A DNA stretch of 57,068 nt from Dehalococcoidia bacterium (lineage in GTDB: Bacteria > Chloroflexota > Dehalococcoidia > SHXV01): assembly GCA_009693105.1 (NCBI GenBank), contig SHXV01000003.1, positions 1 to 57,068 of the forward strand, in the 5' to 3' direction. The position numbers were made by a program, and so were the translations under genes. The notes beneath the pieces were generated by a model. The model saw only the letters and a list, made by a program, of their open reading frames with translations. It had not been told where the DNA came from and made no database searches. Positions within the stretch are counted from its first letter, which is position 1. Every line of letters begins with the position of its first letter. Shown here in pieces: positions 48,299-56,011 of this stretch.

Positions 48299-49516
48299 TC
48301 AGGCGACCCCCGCCGTGAGCAGATTTTCGATCTCGGCCTGGCTTAGCCCCGCCTGCCCCAGCACCTCGATGGTGTGCTGGCCCAGCGTGGGCGGGGCGAG
48401 GACGACCTTCGCCGTCGAGGTGTGGTACCAGGAGGGCAGGCCGATCATCTTGAGTTCGCCCAGCGTGGGGTGGTTCACCGTGATGATCATCTCGTTGGCC
48501 TGCGCCTGCGGGTGGTTCGCCATCGCCTCCAGGGTGTGGAAGGGCGACGCCATGCCCCCATACTTCAGGCAAAGGTCCATCACCTCGTAGACGGTGAACT
48601 TGGCCATTGCCTTCTCCATCTCGGCGTCCATCTCTTTCTTGTTTGCCGTCCGGTTGGGCTGTGTCTGGAATCGCTCGTCCTCCGCCAGGTGGGGTGCGCC
48701 GATGTCGCGGAAGAAACCGAGCCACGCTTCGTCGTTGGGGATGTAGCCGCTAACGTAGAACATGAAGTCGATCGACATGTCCTTCGTCGCCAGGCCGCGG
48801 TTCGGTCCGCCGGCGCCGCTGAGCCCGGCGCGCATAGCGGCGGTGCGCTCCCGCTCCTCCGGGGTAAACTGGAAGTCATCGGAGACGTAGGCCATGGGCT
48901 GGCCGACGAGCGCCGACAGCAGCGACATATCGACGCGCTGACCCTTACCGCCGCGGGCGCGGCCGTCCAGCGCGGCGAGGATGCCGATCGTCAGGTACTT
49001 ACCGGTGAACAGGTTCGCCTGCTCCCCGCCCATGATCACGGGGGGGCCGCCCTGCTCACCGAAGTAAGCGGTCCAGCCCGCCACCATCTGGGTAGTCAGC
49101 TCGGAACCGACGCGGTCCCGATAGGGGCCTTCCTGGCCGTAAGGAGTAACGGTGGCGTAGATGAGGCGGGGATTGAGCTTCTTCATCGCCTCGTAGCCGA
49201 TGCCCATGCGGTCGGCCTCGCCAGGCGGATAGCTCTCGATGAGGACATCGGCGTCCTGGATCAGACGGCGCAGAACGTCCTTGCCCTGCTCCGTCTCTAG
49301 GTCCAGCGTGATGCCGCGCTTGCTCCGGTTGATCGCCAAGAAGGGGATGCTCTCCCCTTGCGGGAAGGGTGGGCCCAGCTGCCGGGTGAAGTCGCCGCTC
49401 GGCGGCTCCACCTTGACGACGTCGGCGCCCATATCGCCGAGTTCCATGGCGCAGAAGGGCCCGGCCCATCCCTCCGCCAGTTCGATTACGTGGAGTCCTT
49501 CAAGCGGTCCAGCCAT
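48299..49516 (-). CDS. Family III CoA-transferase (Asn at the usual Asp position)
   Basis: AGPFCAMELGDMGADVVKVEPP, NRSKRG, GEQANLFTG; GGAGG RBS. Confidence 0.9.
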   Translation of the reverse strand: MAGPLEGLHVIELAEGWAGPFCAMELGDMGADVVKVEPPSGDFTRQLGPPFPQGESIPFLAINRSKRGITLDLETEQGKDVLRRLIQDADVLIESYPPGEADRMGIGYEAMKKLNPRLIYATVTPYGQEGPYRDRVGSELTTQMVAGWTAYFGEQGGPPVIMGGEQANLFTGKYLTIGILAALDGRARGGKGQRVDMSLLSALVGQPMAYVSDDFQFTPEERERTAAMRAGLSGAGGPNRGLATKDMSIDFMFYVSGYIPNDEAWLGFFRDIGAPHLAEDERFQTQPNRTANKKEMDAEMEKAMAKFTVYEVMDLCLKYGGMASPFHTLEAMANHPQAQANEMIITVNHPTLGELKMIGLPSWYHTSTAKVVLAPPTLGQHTIEVLGQAGLSQAEIENLLTAGVA

Positions 49517-49521
49517 CGTCG

Positions 49522-50739
49522 TTACCTCCCTGCCTGTGCGGTCGCGACGCGCTGGTTCGGCCCCACCCACTCACTGGCGCGCTCCGGCGGGAAGCCGAGC
49601 TCGGCCAGGATCTCCTTGGTGTGCTCGCCGGGGCGGGGGCCGGCGCGGGTCTCCCGCGGTGTCTCGCTGAACCTGATGGGCAGCGTGGGCAGGATCATGT
49701 CCCGCCAGTAGGTGCTCATCGGCCGCAGCATGTCCTGGCCCATGATGTGGGGGTCGGTGATGTGTTGCATGTGGGTGACCTTCGTGCCGGAGGGCACCTT
49801 GCGCGCCTGCAGCCCCTCGAACCATTCCTCCGCCGTACGGGTCGCGAAAACCCCGTCCAGGGCGGCGTCCAAGGCGTCGCGATGCTCGACGCGGGCGGCG
49901 TTGTTGTGGAAGCGGACGTCGAAGATGAGATCGCTGCGCCCGAGGGCGAGGCAGAGGTTGCGCCAGTCCCGCTCGTTATGGGCGGTGACCGCGATCCAGG
50001 CATCGTCCTTGGTGCGGTAGGCGCGGCTCGGCACCATGAAGGGGTGGCCGCTGCCCATCGGCTTGGGGGTGAGGCCGAAGTTGAGCTCAGCGAATCGGAC
50101 GGTCGCCAACTGGACCGCAGACTCCATCTGGGAGCCCTGGATGAATTGGCCCTTCCCCGTGATCTGGCGATAGTAGAGGCCGCTCATGATCATCTCGACG
50201 AGGCAGAGCGAGGTCTGGGTATCGATGCGAACGCCGCCGCGGGCCTTCTCGCCGCGGGTGCCGATATCGCCCGTGAAGCTGGTGATGCCGGAGAACATCT
50301 CCCCGTAACCGTCGTACGAGCCCATCTTGGACCAGGGGCCGCGGGCGCCAAAGCCCGACGAGTTGACGTAGACGATGCGCGGGTTGATCTTGCTTAGCGA
50401 TGCGTAGTCGATGCCGGTGTGGGACGCGGCATCGGCGCGCCAGTTGTCCATGTAGACATCGGCGGTCTCGATCAGCTTGTAGTAGATCTCGCGGTCCTTC
50501 TCTTCCTTCAGGTTGAAGATGACGCCGCGCTTGCTCAGGTTGCAGCCGATGTAGAACGTGCTCATGTCACGTTTCTCGTCCTCGATGCCCCGCCCGCCGC
50601 TCTGCTGAATGATGTCGCCCCAGGGCGGCTCGATCTTGATCACGTCCGCGCCCAGCTGGCCCATGATGGAGCCCGCATACGGCCCCACGCCGGCGTGCCC
50701 CATATCGACGACCCGGATGCCTTCAAGCGGTCCTGCCAT
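49522..50739 (-). CDS. Family III CoA-transferase
   Basis: GQLGADVIKIEPP, NLSKRG, VRIDTQTS. Confidence 0.9.
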   Translation of the reverse strand: MAGPLEGIRVVDMGHAGVGPYAGSIMGQLGADVIKIEPPWGDIIQQSGGRGIEDEKRDMSTFYIGCNLSKRGVIFNLKEEKDREIYYKLIETADVYMDNWRADAASHTGIDYASLSKINPRIVYVNSSGFGARGPWSKMGSYDGYGEMFSGITSFTGDIGTRGEKARGGVRIDTQTSLCLVEMIMSGLYYRQITGKGQFIQGSQMESAVQLATVRFAELNFGLTPKPMGSGHPFMVPSRAYRTKDDAWIAVTAHNERDWRNLCLALGRSDLIFDVRFHNNAARVEHRDALDAALDGVFATRTAEEWFEGLQARKVPSGTKVTHMQHITDPHIMGQDMLRPMSTYWRDMILPTLPIRFSETPRETRAGPRPGEHTKEILAELGFPPERASEWVGPNQRVATAQAGR

Positions 50740-50906
50740 AGCCGGTCTCCTTGCTTCGCTTCGTTACCCTGTTTCGATGCCTCTGAACGATTCGTAGTGT
50801 ACCGGAACGCGTCAAGCGCGTAAAACTTCCACTCGGCCATTGCGAAGATGCCGCGGTGATGTACAATCCCCCGCGTCGGGGAACCGATCCCCGCATAGCG
50901 CAGAGG

Positions 50907-51845
50907 ATGGGCATCATGTATTTCAACACGTTCGCACCCGGGCTCGAGCCGCTCGATATGACGCAGAGCAAGGAGTTCGAGAGCCTGCTGCAGAGCGCCG
51001 CGGACCTGGGCATCGCGGTCAAGCGCCCGGTCCGGTATGTGTCACGCAACGTCGTTGTGAACGGGCTGCGCTTCCACTGCCTGGAGTGGGGCGACCCGAA
51101 ATCGACACCGCTCCTCATGCTCCACGGCGGGAACCAGAGCGCGCACAGCTGGGACCTGGTCAGCCTGAACCTGTCCGACCGCTACCACATCATCGCCGTG
51201 GACCAGCGCGGCCATGGGGACAGCGAATGGCCCCGCGACGGCGATTCTTCCCAGCAGGGGATGGCGGATGACGCGAAGCGATTTGCTGAGCTGTTTGAGG
51301 AGGATCACCCTATCGTGATGGGGCATTCCATGGGTGGCATGGTAACGATGCGGCTGCTCACCCAGAACCCCCGGCTGGCCCGCAAAGCGGTGTTTGTCGA
51401 TATCGGCCCGGAGCGCGCGCCTTCCGGCTCCGAGCAGATCGGCGGATTCATCAGCCGCATGCATGAGATCGATACGGAGGAGGAGTACGTCCGGCGGGTA
51501 TCAGAATACGACCGCTTCCGCACGCCGGAGCACATCCGCCGCACCATGGGCTATAACATGCTGAAGCTGGTAGACGGAAAGCTGGCGACGAAGCGCGATC
51601 AACGACGGATCGTGCCCAACGATGGGATCACGACCCCGGGATACGATGAGGTGGGGAAGATCGAGTGCCCAGCGCTCATCGTTCGGGGGGAGTCCAGCAA
51701 CATCCTGCTGCCGGAGATGGCGCAGCGGTTCCAGGCGGCCCTACGCCAGGGCACGCTGGTGGAAGTGGCCCGCTGCGGCCATAACGTCCATTCCCAGAAC
51801 ACGGTCGGGTTCCTGGAAGCGGTGACCCCGTTCCTCCAGGGCTGA
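50907..51845 (+). CDS. Alpha/beta hydrolase
   Basis: LHGG, DQRGHGDS, GHSMGG nucleophile elbow, CGHNVH; start uncertain (50856-50916). Confidence 0.9.
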   Translation: MGIMYFNTFAPGLEPLDMTQSKEFESLLQSAADLGIAVKRPVRYVSRNVVVNGLRFHCLEWGDPKSTPLLMLHGGNQSAHSWDLVSLNLSDRYHIIAVDQRGHGDSEWPRDGDSSQQGMADDAKRFAELFEEDHPIVMGHSMGGMVTMRLLTQNPRLARKAVFVDIGPERAPSGSEQIGGFISRMHEIDTEEEYVRRVSEYDRFRTPEHIRRTMGYNMLKLVDGKLATKRDQRRIVPNDGITTPGYDEVGKIECPALIVRGESSNILLPEMAQRFQAALRQGTLVEVARCGHNVHSQNTVGFLEAVTPFLQG

Positions 51846-51869
51846 CGAAGCCTCGCCCCTTGCCGAACT

Positions 51870-51900
51870 CAGGGCCGTCGAGTAATTCGACGGCCCTGTT
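51870..51900 (+). terminator. Hairpin after the hydrolase gene
   Basis: CAGGGCCGTCGA-GTAAT-TCGACGGCCCTG followed by TT. Confidence 0.6.
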
Positions 51901-51996
51901 CGTTGTGCTGTAAGGAATGGCGCCCGCCGCCGTCTCTCTTTACAGGACGGGTGGGGGAACTCCATTTGCTCCCCCTGCACGATGAGGGAGGCACGG

Positions 51997-52524
51997 ATGC
52001 TTGGTTCCATCTTTACGGCCATCGCAACAAAGGCAGCGGCGTCGGCGATAGCCGTCACCATCGTCGCCGGCGGGGGCGTCGGGGCCTCGGCGGCGCTGGG
52101 AGGGCCGAACCTTCCGGGGATGGCGCTGGAGGTTATCGGCCTGCATCAGGAGATCGGGGATTCCGCGAACGATTCAGACGAGGCGAAGGTGAAGGCGCCC
52201 ACCACAGCTGCGCCCACCCTGGAAGGGCGCGACGTCAGCTCCGCCGTTCACGATGCGATCGCCTCTACGATGCCGGGGCGCGGCCGCGGCGAAGCCGTGA
52301 GCAAAGCAGCCTGCACCGCCGCGCACGATGGGGAGCGCTTGCTCCACCCGTCGAGAGGCCGCCCGATCGTAACGGCCAGTCCCACTCCCACAGCAACCGT
52401 CGCCGCTTCCGCGCTGGAGGAAGACGACACGGACGATGCAGCGGAGAGTGAGGACAACAAGGACTGCGAGCACCCAAACCGGGGTGACGAGGCCGACGAC
52501 GAGGAGGCGGAGAAATCGCGGTAG
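51997..52524 (+). CDS. Hypothetical exported protein with acidic tail
   Basis: GGAGG RBS, hydrophobic N-terminus, G..VS.A repeats, D/E-rich C-terminus. Confidence 0.55.
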   Translation: MLGSIFTAIATKAAASAIAVTIVAGGGVGASAALGGPNLPGMALEVIGLHQEIGDSANDSDEAKVKAPTTAAPTLEGRDVSSAVHDAIASTMPGRGRGEAVSKAACTAAHDGERLLHPSRGRPIVTASPTPTATVAASALEEDDTDDAAESEDNKDCEHPNRGDEADDEEAEKSR

Positions 52525-52667
52525 TCGCCAATCTGCGCCGAGGCTTCCAAAACAAAAGGCGAGAACAAGAACAAGGGCAGGAGCACGACTAAGCCCGCCC
52601 GGTTGGCCTGATCAAGGATTCCCCTCCCTCGGACCCGCGCTTCGCGGGAGCCGGGCGCCACTGCGTG

Positions 52668-52696
52668 TTGACTCCGCATCGGCGCCCTCATATCTT
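52668..52696 (+). promoter_or_regulatory. Putative sigma70-type promoter of the RRM gene
   Basis: TTGACT-N17-TATCTT. Confidence 0.5.
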
Positions 52697-52792
52697 AGAT
52701 CACGCGTTGTCGTCCAAATGGAGTAGAATACGGCTAGGCGCCCGGCCGGCTTGGAAGCCGCCTGCGGCCTTAACACGAGGAGGTGTACCACA

Positions 52793-53113
52793 ATGGCAAA
52801 GAAGCTCTACGTCGGGGGACTCGCCTACGCCACAAGCTCAGAGGGGCTGCGCACGTACTTCGAGCAGATCGGCGAAGTCACCTCGGCCTCGGTGATCATG
52901 GACCGTGACACCGGGCAGTCACGGGGGTTCGGATTCGTCGAGATGGCTTCCGACGCCGATGCCCAGCGCGCCATAGATGACCTGAACGATAAGGAATTCG
53001 AAGGGCGCCGGCTCACCGTGAACGAGGCGCGAGAACCCGGAACGGGCGGCGCCGGCGGCCGGCCTCGGCGGGATGGCGGTGGCGGCGATGGCGGCGGCGG
53101 CCGCCGTTGGTAA
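52793..53113 (+). CDS. RRM (RNP-1) RNA-binding protein with Gly-rich tail
   Basis: RNP2 LYVGGL, RNP1 RGFGFVEM, GRRLTVNEAR; AGGAGGT RBS. Confidence 0.95.
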   Translation: MAKKLYVGGLAYATSSEGLRTYFEQIGEVTSASVIMDRDTGQSRGFGFVEMASDADAQRAIDDLNDKEFEGRRLTVNEAREPGTGGAGGRPRRDGGGGDGGGGRRW

Positions 53114-53289
53114 GCACGTTGGAGCCATCCTCGCCGGACTCCGCCGCGTGTATTCATCACTGGCTCATCGCGTCGCCCAGGGGGGAACACTGCGTCGGGA
53201 AGTGCAAGCGGTGCGGTGTCAGCCGTGACTTTTCGACGACGGATCCGCAGCGCGTCTTCGTGCCCCGCAGGGGGCCGCGCAAGGCCTGA
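53107..53289 (+). CDS. Small putative zinc-binding protein (CxHHW...CKxCG)
   Basis: CIHHWLIASPRGEHCVGKCKRCGVSRDF; start overlaps the RRM stop; paralog at 53649-53831. Confidence 0.7.
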   Translation: MVSTLEPSSPDSAACIHHWLIASPRGEHCVGKCKRCGVSRDFSTTDPQRVFVPRRGPRKA

Positions 53290-53496
53290 CGGATCGCCTG
53301 ACCTCAGCGGCGAGGACTCCCCGGCATGCAGCGAATGGCGATGCTCCATCGACCGCTCCTCATGGTGCGGGCCGGACTACCTCCGCCAGTTCACCCAGAC
53401 GCGGGTACTCACGGAGAACACGCTGCGACGAGGCTTCGCTCCCGACCATGGTCTCGATTAAGCCCGGGCTGATACGGCGGTAACCGGGGCGGCGTT

Positions 53497-53622
53497 TTAG
53501 CGGTCGCGCTTGCGGTTCATTCGTTTGGCGTCATCTTTGCGCTGCTTTGCCTGCAGGCGCTCGGCCATCTGGCTCTGGCGTTTCTTTCCCTTTGTGCTGT
53601 TTCCCTTGTTACCGCCGGCCAT
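53497..53622 (-). CDS. 41-aa Lys/Arg-rich micro-protein (not in the ORF track)
   Basis: MAGGNKGNSTKGKKRQSQMAERLQAKQRKDDAKRMNRKRDR*; GGTGGTGA SD-like element; purine-rich strand bias. Confidence 0.6.
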   Translation of the reverse strand: MAGGNKGNSTKGKKRQSQMAERLQAKQRKDDAKRMNRKRDR

Positions 53623-53648
53623 TGTCACCACCCTGCATCTATTACCTC

Positions 53649-53831
53649 CTACCGTGCGCCGGCACTGTGGGTGCCGCGCCAGCGATTGGCTTCATTCGTG
53701 AATTCCCGCGTCTCTCCGCAAAGCTTGCAGGAGCCGACGGTCACGCCTCTGCTATCCTGCAGGCTCCGGAGAATCCAGCGATGAACGCACTCGAGCGCGG
53801 GCTGGCCGCTCGCTTCCGCGATCTCTGGCAT
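53649..53831 (-). CDS. Small putative zinc-binding protein (CxHRW...CKxCG)
   Basis: CVHRWILRSLQDSRGVTVGSCKLCGETREF; GGAGAGG RBS. Confidence 0.7.
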   Translation of the reverse strand: MPEIAEASGQPALECVHRWILRSLQDSRGVTVGSCKLCGETREFTNEANRWRGTHSAGAR

Positions 53832-53978
53832 ACCATGTCCTCTCCGCCGTCTCCGCTATGGGCAGAAGCGGGATCGAAAAAGGGTGAACTGGAGTGCTCT
53901 GAGCGACTATCCACAGTCTAGCAGAAGCGCGACCTGTTATACTGGGAAAAACTGCCGGAGTGAGAAAAGAGGGGCCTA

Positions 53979-54059
53979 ATGTCCAAGAAGGGTGGCAACA
54001 CGAAGAAGAAGGGGGCAGCGAAGCCTCCCATGGAGAACAAGGGGCCGAAGAAGAAGTAG
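53979..54059 (+). CDS. 26-aa Lys-rich micro-peptide (not in the ORF track)
   Basis: MSKKGGNTKKKGAAKPPMENKGPKKK*; GAGGGG RBS; -10-like TATACT at 53938-53943. Confidence 0.55.
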   Translation: MSKKGGNTKKKGAAKPPMENKGPKKK

Positions 54060-54081
54060 CCTACCGGCCACGCCGATCTTA

Positions 54082-54090
54082 TGGTATAAT
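54082..54090 (+). promoter_or_regulatory. Extended -10 promoter of the DEAD-box gene
   Basis: Perfect TGnTATAAT. Confidence 0.65.
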
Positions 54091-54219
54091 TGTGCCACAA
54101 CGAGATGGCGTACCAACGTGCGCCACAATGGTTAACCTGTTTCACTCCTTTCGTCCGGTTCCAGCGGAGTGACCTTGATGGCCACACGCTCGTAATCAGT
54201 AGACGAATGGAGTTTCTTT

Positions 54220-55458
54220 TTGACCATGCCCAGCGCGCGTTCCGCCAATACGGCGGGACCGCAAACAATGTCACCCACCCCAACCTTCGCGATGCTCGGC
54301 GTCGCACCAGACCTGGTGCAGGTGCTCACCCGCGCCGGGATTACGGACCCGTTTCCCGTCCAGGCAGCGACGCTGCCGGACGCCCTGGCCGGCCGCGACG
54401 TGTGCGGCAAGGCGGAGACCGGCTCCGGTAAAACGCTCGCTTTCGGCATCCCGGTGGTGCAGCTCGCACGCCAGGCGCGGCCGGGGCGGCCTTCCTCCCT
54501 GATCCTCGCCCCCACGCGAGAGCTGGCCCTGCAGATCACGACCGTGCTCACACCCTATGCCGCCGCCCGCGGGCTTCGCCTGCTGGCCGTCTACGGGGGC
54601 GTATCGATGCATCGCCAGATCCAGGCCTTCCGCGGCGTCATCGACATCGTCGTGGCGACGCCGGGGCGGCTGAACGACCTGCTCGATCAGAATGCTGTCG
54701 CCGTCTCCGATGTCGAGATGGTGGTACTGGACGAGGCGGATCAGATGGCTGACATGGGGTTCTTGCCCCAGGTCGATCGCATCCTCCGCCGCCTTCACGG
54801 CCCGGCGCAGACGCTGCTGTTCTCTGCCACGCTCGACGACGCGGTCAGCGTGCTCGTCAGCCGCTATCAGCGCGACCCCGTTCACCACGAGATCGAGCAA
54901 TCGACGCTGACCCTGGACAACGTGGAGCAACGATTTGTGCGCGTGACCCCGGAGAACAAGATCCAGACGGCGGCGAAGCTCTGCCGCGACGTAGTGCGCT
55001 CGCTCATCTTCGTGCGCACGCAGCGCGCCGCCGATCGGGTGGCGCAGCAGCTGGAGCACGAAGGGGTCGGCGCCGGCCGTATCCACGGCGGGATGAGCCA
55101 GCCGCAGCGGGAGCGCGTGCTGCGCGGCTTCTCGGCGGGCACCATCCCTACCCTGGTGGCGACAAACGTGGCAGCGCGCGGCATTCACGTCAGCGGCGTC
55201 GATACCGTTATCCACTTCGATATGCCGGACGACTACAAGACCTACGTCCACCGTTCCGGGCGAACCGGCCGGGCGGGGGCATCGGGCCTTGTCGTGACGC
55301 TGGTGCTGCCGCACGAGGAGCGTGACGCCGCTCGCCTGCAGGTCGGCGATGCCGCGGCCTACCGTGGCCCCGAGATGCCGCAGCGCGGGATGCGGGGCTC
55401 CCCCACCCGGCGGCCGCCGTACCGAGCCAGCGCCGGGGCCTATGCCACGCGCAGGTAG
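54220..55458 (+). CDS. DEAD-box RNA helicase
   Basis: Q motif PFPVQ, AETGSGKT, PTRELA, TPGRL, DEAD, SAT, ARGIH, HRSGRTGR. Confidence 0.96.
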   Translation: MTMPSARSANTAGPQTMSPTPTFAMLGVAPDLVQVLTRAGITDPFPVQAATLPDALAGRDVCGKAETGSGKTLAFGIPVVQLARQARPGRPSSLILAPTRELALQITTVLTPYAAARGLRLLAVYGGVSMHRQIQAFRGVIDIVVATPGRLNDLLDQNAVAVSDVEMVVLDEADQMADMGFLPQVDRILRRLHGPAQTLLFSATLDDAVSVLVSRYQRDPVHHEIEQSTLTLDNVEQRFVRVTPENKIQTAAKLCRDVVRSLIFVRTQRAADRVAQQLEHEGVGAGRIHGGMSQPQRERVLRGFSAGTIPTLVATNVAARGIHVSGVDTVIHFDMPDDYKTYVHRSGRTGRAGASGLVVTLVLPHEERDAARLQVGDAAAYRGPEMPQRGMRGSPTRRPPYRASAGAYATRR

Positions 55459-55490
55459 AAGCGCCGACAAACGTGAGCTAACGCGAGATG

Positions 55491-55530
55491 AGAGCTGGTA
55501 CGGGGGAATCCCCCGGTACCAGCTCTTTAT
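55491..55530. terminator. Intrinsic terminator after the helicase gene
   Basis: AGAGCTGGTAC-GGGGG-AAT-CCCC-CG-GTACCAGCTCT followed by TTAT. Confidence 0.75.
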
Positions 55531-55625
55531 GGCGCACCCTTCCTCCGAACTTGCCCCAAGGAAAACATTTGTCGGGGTCCGGGTCTTAAGTTTGGGTAAT
55601 TATCCCCTCATAGCACGTAAGGAAA

Positions 55626-55829
55626 CTAGCGCCCTTTGTATCTCGCTTCTTCATACAAAGACATGCAATTATCGTAGTCGCGAGCATCTGGGCACGGCTC
55701 TTCATAATCCGCATAAACGATCTGCCAGACGATTCCCGCCACGAGTGCTGCAAGAAACAGCCAACCCCAAATAGGAGAACCGAAGACTTCGATACTAAGA
55801 GGATTGGGCCAGCCCCGATTTTCATTCAT
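55626..55829 (-). CDS. Small hypothetical membrane protein in an A/T-richer patch
   Basis: One TM segment (IWGWLFLAALVAGIVW) and a Cys pair; no recognisable family. Confidence 0.4.
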   Translation of the reverse strand: MNENRGWPNPLSIEVFGSPIWGWLFLAALVAGIVWQIVYADYEEPCPDARDYDNCMSLYEEARYKGR

Positions 55830-55900
55830 CGCAGCAATGGTGAACTATGCCTATGGGCGGATCACGTAAAAGCGACAACAAACCCGGCCCCTCATTCGAG

Positions 55901-55977
55901 GAAGGCCGGTTCGCGGTGATCCAGGATCCACAGGGGCGACCTTCGGCATGATTAAATCCGCGCCTATGCCGATCTGA
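55901..55977 (+). pseudogene. 3' remnant of a VOC/glyoxalase-family gene
   Basis: GRFAVIQDPQG(frameshift)ATFGMIK, the typical C-terminal VOC strand. Confidence 0.55.
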
Positions 55978-56011
55978 CCGCGGCGTAGCTCTGGTAGGCG
56001 CAAGCGCCCGG

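Noticed and set aside
53290-53490. Possible further small ORFs between the zinc-protein genes
   Set aside because: No frame shows a convincing RBS, motif or composition.
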